From the NCBI GenBank assembly GCA_963762145.1, contig CAVXJS010000011.1, positions 768,001-832,000 on the forward strand: a stretch of DNA of 64,000 nt, read 5' to 3'. The notes below the pieces were generated by a model. That model was not told the origin of the DNA. It saw only the letters and a program-made list of their open reading frames with translations, and made no database searches. This DNA is from an uncultured Candidatus Rokubacteria bacterium. Lineage in GTDB: Bacteria > Methylomirabilota > Methylomirabilia > Rokubacteriales > CSP1-6. Below are positions 45,820-54,109 of this stretch, piece by piece (position 1 is the first letter of the stretch; each line of letters opens with the position of its first letter). The translations under genes were made by a program, and so were the position numbers.

Positions 45820-46709
45820 CAGCGGTCTCCTCTGGGCGCCTGTTGCTCGCTCCAGGCGTGGTCGCGATCGCGGACGAAGACCTGCTCACTCACCTTCGTT
45901 CCCCGGATGACCGCCACCGGATGCTTCTCGATGGACGGCAGCGGGAGCGGCGCGCTACGGGCCACGACCGCCTTCGCGGTGGGCTGCGGAGCGGCCGAGG
46001 GCAGGTCGGAGAGCAGGGAGGTCGGGGTCGCACCCGGCGTCCTGACCACGTCGGTGTCCCGGAGGTTCCGCTGCACGAGCATGAGCTTCCCTTCCGCCTG
46101 CGCTACCGCAAGACGCTCGGTTTGCTGTGGGGTCAGCGCCAAGGTCACGGTCGTGTTGGTCACGGGCTTGTTGTCCTTCATCTCGACGGTCTGGCCGGCG
46201 GCCAGGACCGTGACGTCCTGCAGGATCACCTTGGCGATCTTCTCGTTCGCGCCGGGCGCCTTGGGCATGCTCACCAGCACGTCCACCCGGCTGTTGGGCA
46301 GCACGAAGCCGCTGTCGCGGGTGGCGTCGTCGAGCTTGATGGTCACCCCGCGCTGGCCCTCGGGCACCAGCATGGGCATGATGCCGCCCTTCCCGGAGAG
46401 CTGCGGGGCGAGCTTGGCCTCCATCAGCGGCTCCCCGGCCACGATGGATCCGCGCACCACGCGCCCTTCGGCGTCCGCGAGATTCCGGACCGCGCCCGGA
46501 GGGACCGAGGCCTTGGGCCAGGGGACGAGCTTCACGTGCTGACCGGTGATGGTCTCCGCGAGGCCGATGTTGGCCGCCGCCACCACGATGCGGTCGGACT
46601 GGTCGTCACTGGCCCGGGCCACCTGGCTCACCACGCGGTAGACGAGAAGGCTCGCGAGGAGGCCGATGAGAGAGGCGCACACCACAATCAGCAGCAATCG
46701 CCGACGCAT
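45819..46709 (-). CDS. cpaB: Flp pilus assembly protein CpaB/RcpC
   Basis: N-terminal TM, SAF domain, GFVLPNSRVDVLV, ILQDVTVLA and TVTLALTP. Confidence 0.9.
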   Translation of the reverse strand: MRRRLLLIVVCASLIGLLASLLVYRVVSQVARASDDQSDRIVVAAANIGLAETITGQHVKLVPWPKASVPPGAVRNLADAEGRVVRGSIVAGEPLMEAKLAPQLSGKGGIMPMLVPEGQRGVTIKLDDATRDSGFVLPNSRVDVLVSMPKAPGANEKIAKVILQDVTVLAAGQTVEMKDNKPVTNTTVTLALTPQQTERLAVAQAEGKLMLVQRNLRDTDVVRTPGATPTSLLSDLPSAAPQPTAKAVVARSAPLPLPSIEKHPVAVIRGTKVSEQVFVRDRDHAWSEQQAPRGDR

Positions 46710-46726
46710 AGTCGTGTCCTGCCTTC

Positions 46727-47161
46727 CTATTCGCGCCGCATTCTGACCGTCTCCTGAAGTACCAGGGGGCTGCCCGGGGTACCCAGGATCGGCAGGAAGA
46801 GCGGAACGACGGTTTCGAAATTGATGGTCACAGTCGCCTGCACCTGAGAGTCGGGCGGGCAGGCGGTCGCGGAGCACGTCACCGACACGCTGGCCGCGGT
46901 GAGGTTCGCCGCGCTCAGCACTTCGCTGATGCGCGTCAGGGCCGGGCCGTTGTCGAATGTGGGGCTACTCGGGTTCGGCGGCGGCGTCACCACTCCCACG
47001 CGCGCCCCTTCTCGGGCGGCGTTGGTGGCGATATTGGATGCCAGCCATGCTCGACTCAGCTCGAGAGACGCGAGGAAGATGAACAGCAGCGTCGGCAGGA
47101 CCACGAGGAACTCGAGGGTGGAGGTGCCTCGCTGATTGCGCAACCGTCTTATGAGTGTCAT
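46727..47161 (-). CDS. tadE: TadE-like pseudopilin
   Basis: NQRG|TSTLEF and NAAREGAR. Confidence 0.88.
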   Translation of the reverse strand: MTLIRRLRNQRGTSTLEFLVVLPTLLFIFLASLELSRAWLASNIATNAAREGARVGVVTPPPNPSSPTFDNGPALTRISEVLSAANLTAASVSVTCSATACPPDSQVQATVTINFETVVPLFLPILGTPGSPLVLQETVRMRRE

Positions 47162-47181
47162 GGTCTTTGGCCTTGTGCCAG

Positions 47182-47209
47182 CTTCCGGGGCCCGTTTGGG
47201 CCCCGGAAG
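47182..47209 (-). terminator. Perfect 12-bp hairpin between flp and tadE (attenuator or mRNA stabiliser)
   Basis: CTTCCGGGGCCC-GTTT-GGGCCCCGGAAG. Confidence 0.65.
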
Positions 47210-47222
47210 TCGGCGTGGTGTC

Positions 47223-47399
47223 CTACGTGACGATACCGGTCAGCTTGGTGGTGATGTCGGCGATGACTGCGTCGATACCGCCCTTGAGGGTGCCGGGATA
47301 GACGGCCGCCGCCAGCATCACGATCAGCGCGCCCACCGCGATCCACTCGAGCGTCTCGACGCCACGCTCGTCCTTCAGGTATCCGAGAATCCTCTTCAT
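47223..47399 (-). CDS. flp: Flp/type IVc major pilin
   Basis: 58 aa; DERG|VETLEW cleavage motif followed by a hydrophobic helix; AGGAG RBS. Confidence 0.85.
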   Translation of the reverse strand: MKRILGYLKDERGVETLEWIAVGALIVMLAAAVYPGTLKGGIDAVIADITTKLTGIVT

Positions 47400-47508
47400 T
47401 GCCTGTCTCTCTCCTGTGCTCACCGCCCGTTCCGGGCGTGAGGCCTAGAAGTTCACTGCACCTGACTCCTGCTCTCCTACGCCGACTGGTGGCTCGCCCT
47501 CACCCCCT

Positions 47509-47766
47509 TCATCCGACCTGATCCGGATTTGACTGCACGTCGTATGCCCTCACGTTCACGAACCCGCCGCACTCGAGCGCCAGCACCACCGCGTCGATGC
47601 GCCCCCGAGGAATCCGGAATCCCACTGCGCCCGGCTTGATCATTTCCACGCCGTGCTCCGAGACCCCATCGAGGAGCCCTGCCTGCTCGAGCACCTCGAA
47701 CACCAGGGGAGCTTGCCCACCGTTGTGATCGACCTTTACGACGACGAGCGACTCGGTGTTGCGCAC
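47509..47766 (-). CDS. Small hypothetical protein, ACT-like pattern
   Basis: 85 aa, GTG start after AAAGGGA; first ORF downstream of the sigma54 promoter. Confidence 0.55.
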   Translation of the reverse strand: MRNTESLVVVKVDHNGGQAPLVFEVLEQAGLLDGVSEHGVEMIKPGAVGFRIPRGRIDAVVLALECGGFVNVRAYDVQSNPDQVG

Positions 47767-47856
47767 GTCGGGTCCCTTTCGAGCCTCCGGAGTTTCCGGA
47801 GGTAGTATTCCGCTCTGAACCGCTCGTCTTTCCGATCGCGTTGTGGAGTGGCCGTA

Positions 47857-47874
47857 GTGCAGCCGGTATGCCAA
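47857..47874 (-). promoter_or_regulatory. Sigma54 -24/-12 promoter of the tad operon
   Basis: Minus strand TTGGCATACCGGCTGCAC with exact GG-N10-GC spacing. Confidence 0.75.
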
Positions 47875-47964
47875 GAGTCGGAAAGTATGAGCGGAACCCG
47901 CGAGGGGTCCAGGCTTGTCGCGTAGTTGCACCTACGCCAGCTGCAGATCGGATTCGAGTCGCTT

Positions 47965-48084
47965 TTCATGCGCGCCTGCATGAACACGACGCCGAAGGGC
48001 CAGAGGAGCGGAGAGCTTGCGGCGTGATCTTTCCTTGCTGCAGCGTTGATTAGAGGGCATGTGTCCGGGCATGCAGGAGCGCAT
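47965..48084. promoter_or_regulatory. Putative enhancer (UAS) boxes ATGC-N6-GCAT
   Basis: TTCATGC-N6-GCATGAA at 47965-47984, ATGC-N6-GCAT at 48071-48084 and a near-match ATGT-N6-GCAT at 48059-48072. Confidence 0.55.
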
Positions 48085-48255
48085 ATCACTATCTCCGCGC
48101 GAATACCTTGCGCGGGAATTGGTGGGAGGCAAGACCCTCGGCCGTTAGCCAAATTGGGATAAATGTTTCCCTCTGCGTCGGGCACGCAATTCGTGCCGGT
48201 TGCTACTTCGAGCTAAAACGCCCGCTTCGACTCGGATTGCACTCAGAATTCCGGG

Positions 48256-48272
48256 TTGGCATCGGTCATGCG
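48256..48272 (+). promoter_or_regulatory. Second sigma54-like promoter, in front of the activator gene
   Basis: TTGGCATCGGTCATGCG with GG-N10-GC spacing. Confidence 0.5.
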
Positions 48273-48284
48273 ATTCCGTGCGCA

Positions 48285-49766
48285 ATGGCCATGGAATCGG
48301 TGCCGCTCGACTCGAGCAAACCGCTGGCGGCGGCCGACTCGGCGCCGGATCTGGGTGTCTTAGGTCGGAAGCCGAGCGAGCACGTCCTTCGACACGAGAT
48401 GCTGGCCGCCATGGTGGAGGGAGCCCGTGAGGGTTTGTGCATCATGGACCCCCGGTCGGTTTTGCTTCATAGCAACCAGGTGGCCGGGGAACTCCTGGGG
48501 TTCGATCCGAAGGAGGCGGCGGGCCGGTCGGTTCGCGATCTCGGTGAGGAGCGCGACTTCGACTGGTCCCTGGTCGGAGACGTGGTGACGGGCCGCGTCG
48601 CGGTATCCACCATACAGACCCTCCGAACGGGCCGGAAGCTGCTGGTCTCCGGAGTTCCCATCTGGTCAGACGATGGGGAGCTCTCCTTCATCGTCGTGAC
48701 GATTCGCGAGATCACCGGGATGGGCCGGGTGATGAGCCGGCTGCGCGACGCGGTCGAACTCGTGGAACAGTCTCGCTCCACGCTGGCCATCATCCCGGCC
48801 CGCGAGCTGCAGCTCGATGACATCGTCGCTCAGAGCCCGACGCTGGCAGAGGTGCGGGGGACCGCGCTCCAGTATGCCGCCGTGGACTCGACGATACTGC
48901 TGCTCGGCGAGACGGGCGCCGGCAAGGGGATGTTTTCGCGGCTGATCCACCAGGCCTCGCCGCGCGCGGCGGGGCCATTTCTCGAGGTGAACTGCGGGGC
49001 GATCCCTGAGGGGTTGATGGAGGCTGAGCTGTTCGGGTACGCCAAGGGTGCCTTCACCGGCGCGGATCCCAGGGGCAAGATTGGGCTGGTCGAGCTCGCG
49101 CACAAGGGCACGCTGCTGCTCAACGAGATCGGCGACCTGCCACTAGGACTGCAGGTCAAGCTATTGCGCTTCTTGGAGGACGGCGAGGTCTGGGCGGTCG
49201 GCGCGGTCAAGCCGAAGCGCCCAGACGTGCGGATCATTGCCTCGACCAACCGGGATCTATCTGGGATGATCGCCGCGGGGACGTTCCGCGGGGATCTCTT
49301 CTATCGGCTCAACGTCCTGTGTCTCGAGATTCCGCCTCTGCGCAAGCACGCCGAGGACATTCCGGGCCTGGTGGAGCTGACGCTCTCGCGGCTCGAGCGA
49401 AGGCTCAAGCGGCGCCGGACCATCACGCCCGCGGCGCTGCGTCGGCTCTCACTTCATCCCTTTCCCGGCAATGTGCGGGAGCTGCTAAACCTGGTGGAGC
49501 GGCTCATGGTGACCAGTACCCGCGATCCGATCGACATCGGAGACTTGCCAGAGGCGCTGCTGAGCGGACTGGATGAGACGCCGGGTTCGCTCCCGGACAG
49601 CGTGCCGACGTTGCGAAAGGCGCTCCAGAAGGTGGAGAGTCAGATCTTGAGGGATGCATTGGCACGCTACCAGACGCAGGCTCTCGCCGCGAAGCACCTG
49701 GGTATCACCCAGTCCACCGTGGCCCGCAAGGCCAAGCGGTATGGCCTCGAGAGCCGCGTCTCGTGA
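48285..49766 (+). CDS. PAS-AAA+-HTH sigma54-dependent transcriptional activator
   Basis: PAS domain, GETGAGKG, ELFGYAKGAFTGA, FRGDLFYRL, FPGNVREL and a TyrR-like C-terminal HTH. Confidence 0.92.
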   Translation: MAMESVPLDSSKPLAAADSAPDLGVLGRKPSEHVLRHEMLAAMVEGAREGLCIMDPRSVLLHSNQVAGELLGFDPKEAAGRSVRDLGEERDFDWSLVGDVVTGRVAVSTIQTLRTGRKLLVSGVPIWSDDGELSFIVVTIREITGMGRVMSRLRDAVELVEQSRSTLAIIPARELQLDDIVAQSPTLAEVRGTALQYAAVDSTILLLGETGAGKGMFSRLIHQASPRAAGPFLEVNCGAIPEGLMEAELFGYAKGAFTGADPRGKIGLVELAHKGTLLLNEIGDLPLGLQVKLLRFLEDGEVWAVGAVKPKRPDVRIIASTNRDLSGMIAAGTFRGDLFYRLNVLCLEIPPLRKHAEDIPGLVELTLSRLERRLKRRRTITPAALRRLSLHPFPGNVRELLNLVERLMVTSTRDPIDIGDLPEALLSGLDETPGSLPDSVPTLRKALQKVESQILRDALARYQTQALAAKHLGITQSTVARKAKRYGLESRVS

Positions 49767-49785
49767 GATTCGATCGTAGTCCCGG

Positions 49786-50103
49786 CTAGTAGGATCGTGC
49801 TGACTTGAAGTCCTCACCCGTCAGCACCCATCGGCCGCCGCAGCCGCCCTTCACGAAATCAGCGGCTTCCTGGTAGAGCGCGCCAAAGGTCAGCGCCATC
49901 GTGGCAACCCAGAGCACGCCGCTCATACCACAGACGATGGCTTTCCCGGGAACGTAGAGGACGTCGCTGGCCACGGCGGCCGCCGTTGCCCCGGCGCCCG
50001 GCGCCTCCGTAGGTGTCGACGTGTCCTGTGCCCAGCTCTGGTGCGCGCACGTTCCAATGAGGAACGAAACCAACAGGCCGGCCATCCATCGATTCGAAGT
50101 CAT
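49786..50103 (-). CDS. Small secreted/membrane hypothetical protein
   Basis: GGAGG RBS, signal peptide SWA|Q, hydrophobic helix flanked by two Cys. Confidence 0.65.
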   Translation of the reverse strand: MTSNRWMAGLLVSFLIGTCAHQSWAQDTSTPTEAPGAGATAAAVASDVLYVPGKAIVCGMSGVLWVATMALTFGALYQEAADFVKGGCGGRWVLTGEDFKSARSY

Positions 50104-50174
50104 CGTCGCCTCCGCTATGCAGATTTGCATGAACAGCGCTCTCACGCGCCGCGTCCGGTCCGGACGCGGGACGC

Positions 50175-50203
50175 ACTGTAGTCAGGGGAAACCGAACTGT
50201 CAA
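50175..50203 (-). promoter_or_regulatory. Near-consensus sigma70 promoter
   Basis: TTGACA-N17-TACAGT on the minus strand. Confidence 0.7.
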
Positions 50204-50398
50204 GAGGCGATGCCAATGTGGAGCGGCGAGAGATGCGGCGGTAGCGTGCCGGCTGTCGCACGCCATCCTGATCGGCCGTCCTGACGCACGAGTGGGACGG
50301 ATAGCTCGAGGTCGTGCTCGACACATCGGCCAGCTCGTATTCAGGCGCAACGCCAAATGCTCGCCGATCCGCCTGAGCGCCCCGAGCGGCGGGCCCTC

Positions 50399-50824
50399 TC
50401 AGCGCCGCTGGAGCAGGTCGCGGATCTCGCCCAGCAGCCGGATCTCGGCGGTGGGTTCGGGAGGCGCCGCCGGCGCCGCTTCTTCCTGGCGCCGCAGGCG
50501 GTTGAGCATCTTCACCACGAAGAACAGCGCCGCCGTGACGATCAGGAAGGAGATCACCGCGTTGATGAAGAGGCCCAGGGCCAGGACCACCGCACCTCCG
50601 TCGCGCGCCGCCTTCACCGAGGCGTACGCGGCGCCGCTCGGATTGCGCAGCACGACGTAGAGATTGCTGAAGTCGGGGGTGCCGATGATGCCCGAGATGA
50701 TCGGCATCAGCAGGTCGGTGACGAGGGAGGTGACCACCGTCCCGAAGGCCGCGCCGATGATGATGCCGACGGCCATGTCCATCATGTTGCCCTTGATCGC
50801 GAATTCCTTGAACTCCTTCAGCAT
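50399..50824 (-). CDS. mscL: Large-conductance mechanosensitive channel
   Basis: MLKEFKEFAIKGNMMDMAVGIIIGAAFG and LLGEIRDLL. Confidence 0.97.
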   Translation of the reverse strand: MLKEFKEFAIKGNMMDMAVGIIIGAAFGTVVTSLVTDLLMPIISGIIGTPDFSNLYVVLRNPSGAAYASVKAARDGGAVVLALGLFINAVISFLIVTAALFFVVKMLNRLRRQEEAAPAAPPEPTAEIRLLGEIRDLLQRR

Positions 50825-50849
50825 GCGCTCGCCTCCTCCTCGTTGACAC

Positions 50850-51629
50850 TCAGTTGCCTACTTGGACGGGAGCGCCCAGTTCTCGCAGCATCGCGATCGC
50901 GGACAGGTACGAGAGGCGGCCGGTCCGCGGGTTCTCCGACGGCACGTTCTCGACCTCGATGCGCAGGGTCCCGAACTCCCCTTCGACCGTGATCCGGTGC
51001 TGATTGCGCGCCTGTCCCGGCACCGCGTAGAGCTTGATGCGGGTCCGCTCGGGCCCGATGCCGGCCAGGGACAGCGCGGCCACCACGTTGACGTTGGCCG
51101 GGAACGCCTTGACCGCGTCGGTGGCCGGGCCCTCGAAGATCAGCGTCTCGGTGGTGATGGCGTCCAGATCGATCCGGTGCTGCTCGATGTAGGGCGCGCC
51201 CGCCAGGCCGCGCGGAGGCTTGCGCGTCTCCATGGTGACGGCGGTGATCGCGCCTTCCCGGGCCCCCTTCACGCCGTCGAGGCCGGCGATGGCGCCGGAC
51301 GGCACCAGGATGCGGCAGCCGTGCTTCTCGGCGATCCGGGCCCACTCGTCCAGCACCCCGACCAGGGCGCCGACCGAGAGCACCATGAGGTGCTTGCCCG
51401 CCGCGAGCACCGCGGGGCCGAACTCGCGCAGCGAGGCCTGGGTGGCGGCTTCCACGATGAGATCCGCGCGCTCGATCAGCGTGGGCAGCGGCAGCACGGG
51501 GTAGCCGCCGGCGGTCGAGGCACTCCGCACGCTCACGCCCGTCAGGACGGTTCCGGGAATGCCGCGGGTCAGCGCCTCCGCGACGCGGTGCCCGATGACA
51601 CCCATGCCGACGATTCCGATCTTGAGCAT
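50850..51629 (-). CDS. nadX: L-aspartate dehydrogenase
   Basis: GMGVIG, VPSGAIAGLD, FPANVNV and NPRTG.L. Confidence 0.88.
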   Translation of the reverse strand: MLKIGIVGMGVIGHRVAEALTRGIPGTVLTGVSVRSASTAGGYPVLPLPTLIERADLIVEAATQASLREFGPAVLAAGKHLMVLSVGALVGVLDEWARIAEKHGCRILVPSGAIAGLDGVKGAREGAITAVTMETRKPPRGLAGAPYIEQHRIDLDAITTETLIFEGPATDAVKAFPANVNVVAALSLAGIGPERTRIKLYAVPGQARNQHRITVEGEFGTLRIEVENVPSENPRTGRLSYLSAIAMLRELGAPVQVGN

Positions 51630-51717
51630 GACGGGGCGTCCTTTCCCTTCGGAGAGTCTGGCGATGATAGCAGCCGCCCCCCGACCGCCACAAGGGACGT
51701 GCTAGAATCAGCGGCGG

Positions 51718-52602
51718 ATGCGTTCATCGCCCCGGCTCCAGGAGCCGCTCGACCGGCTCTACCGCGAGTTCGACTGGGCCGCCCGCGCCGACCTGGACGC
51801 CATCCGTTTCCCGATGCGCTACCGCGACCCGGCCGACCGCGAGGTCGTCGCGTTGCTCTCCACGTGCATGGCCTACGGCCGCGTGGATCTCTTCGGTCCA
51901 TGGGTGGACTGGGCCCTCGCCCGGATGGGGGAGTCGCCCGCCCGCTTCGTGCTGGGCTTCGATCCGGCGAAGCACACCGCGCGCTTCGAGGCCTTCCGCT
52001 ACCGCTTCAATCGCCCGCGGGATCTCGCCGCCTTCTGCCTGGCGACCCAGCGCGTCCTGATCCGGCACGGCTCCCTCGGCGCCTGTTTCCGCGCCGGTTT
52101 CTCCCCGGAGGATCCACACGTGGGGCCGGCCCTCGAGCGGTTCGTCGGCGCGTTCCTCTCCCAGGACCTCTCGGCGGTGTTCCCCCGCAACCGGCTGTCG
52201 TACGGCTTCCGGCACTGGTTCCCGCGGCCGTCCACCGGCGGGCCCTGCAAGCGCCTGCATCTCTTCCTGCGCTGGATGGTGCGACGCGAGCCGCCGGACT
52301 TCGGTCTCTGGACCGACATTCCTCCCGCCGCGCTGCTGATCCCGGTGGACACCCACATCGAGAACATGGCGCGATCGCTCGGGCTTACGCGCCGGCGCAG
52401 CCGGAACTGGAAGATGGCCGAGGAGATCACTTCCGGTCTGCGCCTGCTCGATCCGGCCGATCCGGTGAAGTACGACTTCTCGCTCTGCCACACCCGCATG
52501 TCGGGGCAGTGCCTCGATCGGCGGGTCCAGGCGGTCTGTGAGCCCTGCGGGCTCCGGCCGGTGTGCCGCCACTGGCGCGGCCGGCGCGGAGGGCGCGCGT
52601 GA
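51718..52602 (+). CDS. TIGR02757/DUF2400 family protein with C-terminal Cys cluster
   Basis: CKRLHLFLRWMVR, IPVDTH and DPVKYDFSL. Confidence 0.85.
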   Translation: MRSSPRLQEPLDRLYREFDWAARADLDAIRFPMRYRDPADREVVALLSTCMAYGRVDLFGPWVDWALARMGESPARFVLGFDPAKHTARFEAFRYRFNRPRDLAAFCLATQRVLIRHGSLGACFRAGFSPEDPHVGPALERFVGAFLSQDLSAVFPRNRLSYGFRHWFPRPSTGGPCKRLHLFLRWMVRREPPDFGLWTDIPPAALLIPVDTHIENMARSLGLTRRRSRNWKMAEEITSGLRLLDPADPVKYDFSLCHTRMSGQCLDRRVQAVCEPCGLRPVCRHWRGRRGGRA

Positions 52603-53703
52603 GCGCGGCGTGGCCGTGGGTCGTCGTCGCGGTCCTGGCGATCCTGGTCGGGATCACCGCGCTGGCCTTGTGGCGGGCGGTGGCGCGGCTCGGGGCGCTG
52701 GAGGCGGCGCGCCAGCAGCCGGACCAAGCCCTGCTGCTCCTGCAGCGCGACATCCAGATCGCACGCACCGAGGCCCACCAGGCCCGGAGCGAGACGCTGG
52801 CCACCGTGAAGGAGGAGCTGCACCAGTTCGCGAGCCGCATGACCGCGGAGATGGGCCAGGTGGGCAGCGGCGTGCAGCAGCAGCTCCAGCACGTGGGCCA
52901 GGTCGTCGGCGCGGTGCAGGGGAGTCTCGGCAAGCTCGGCGAGGTGACCCAGCGCGTCTTCGACGTGGGGCGCGACATCGCCGGCCTCGAGCAGCTGCTC
53001 AAGTCGCCGAAGATCCGCGGCGGGGTCGGGGAGACCCTCCTCGAGAATCTTCTGGCCCAGATGCTGCCGCGGGAGCAGTACATGCTGCAGCACGCGTTCG
53101 CGACCGGGGACCGCGTGGACGCGGCCATCCGGATCGGGGAGCGGCTCGTGCCGGTGGATGCCAAGTTTCCGCTCGAGGGCTTCCGCCGGATCCAGGAGGA
53201 GACGGACGAGGAGCGGCGGCCCGCCCTGCGGCGCGCGTTCCTGCGCGACGTCAAGAACCGGGTCGACGAGATCGCCAAGAAGTACATCCTCGCCGACGAG
53301 GGCACCTTCGACTTCGCCCTGATGTACATCCCGGCCGAGAATGTCTACTACGAGATCATCGTGAAGGAGGACAGCGAGGAGGAGCCCCCGGCGGCCTACG
53401 CCCTGGGACGCCGGGTGGTCCCGGTCTCGCCCAACACCTTCTACGCCTACCTGCGGGTCATCGTGATGGGCCTCCGCGGGCCTCCGGATCGAGCGCGACG
53501 CCCAGGAGATCCAGGCCCGGCTGGGCCGGCTGCGGGGCGACCTGGACAAGTTCCGGGAGTCCTTCGATGTGGTCGGCCGGCACCTGACCAATGCCCGCAA
53601 CAAGTACGACGACGCGGCCTCGGGCCTGGGGCGGCTCGAGGGCAAGCTGGAGGGGATCGAGCGCGACGGCGATCAGGGGGCGCTGCCCGGAATCGGCGCG
53701 TGA
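52599..53703 (+). CDS. rmuC: DNA recombination protein RmuC, frameshift near 53480
   Basis: PKIRGGVGE..L, VDAKFPL, FALMYIPAE and VSPNT. Confidence 0.88.
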
Positions 53704-53791
53704 TCGGGCACTTGGGCGAGCCCGTCCCCCCGGACCAGTCGGGAACAATGGCTTGTGGTAGTATCGAAGAAATCCACCATCAGAGGGATCC

Positions 53792-54094
53792 ATGCCTGAT
53801 ATCCAGTTCCAGGTGTACGGCATCAACCTCCTTGTGCGGCTCATGGTCGAGCCGCCGGCGGATGTGCGCGTGCACTGTCCGAAGGGCTCGCCGATCCGTT
53901 ACGGCGAGGTGGTGGGCCGCGGCGACGGCTTCGACGAGGGGGCCAATGCCTTCCGCGACATGCCGCCCATCCGCTCGGTGGTGGCCTTCGAGGAGAACCC
54001 CGAAGAGGTGGAGGGGCACTACTTCTACATCGCCGGGGAAGAGCACCGTGTGATCCGGCTCGACGCGATCATCCTCTCGTTCCCGCTGGAATAG
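53792..54094 (+). CDS. Hypothetical protein (100 aa)
   Basis: GAGGG RBS, host-like codon usage and an upstream TGGTAGTAT extended -10. Confidence 0.65.
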   Translation: MPDIQFQVYGINLLVRLMVEPPADVRVHCPKGSPIRYGEVVGRGDGFDEGANAFRDMPPIRSVVAFEENPEEVEGHYFYIAGEEHRVIRLDAIILSFPLE

Positions 54095-54109
54095 GCCCCC
54101 GCTCCCGCT

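Larger units (their letters stand above)
25486..50398. other. Accessory block / putative genomic island (Tad pilus plus envelope-modification genes)
   Basis: More A/T-ending codons than the flanks and interruption of housekeeping synteny between trxB and mscL; no integrase or att repeat seen. Confidence 0.5.

Noticed and set aside
48181-48197. GGCACG-N5-CGTGCC palindrome as a third sigma54 promoter
   Set aside because: No GG-N10-GC spacing on either strand; single occurrence, though it could still be a protein-binding site
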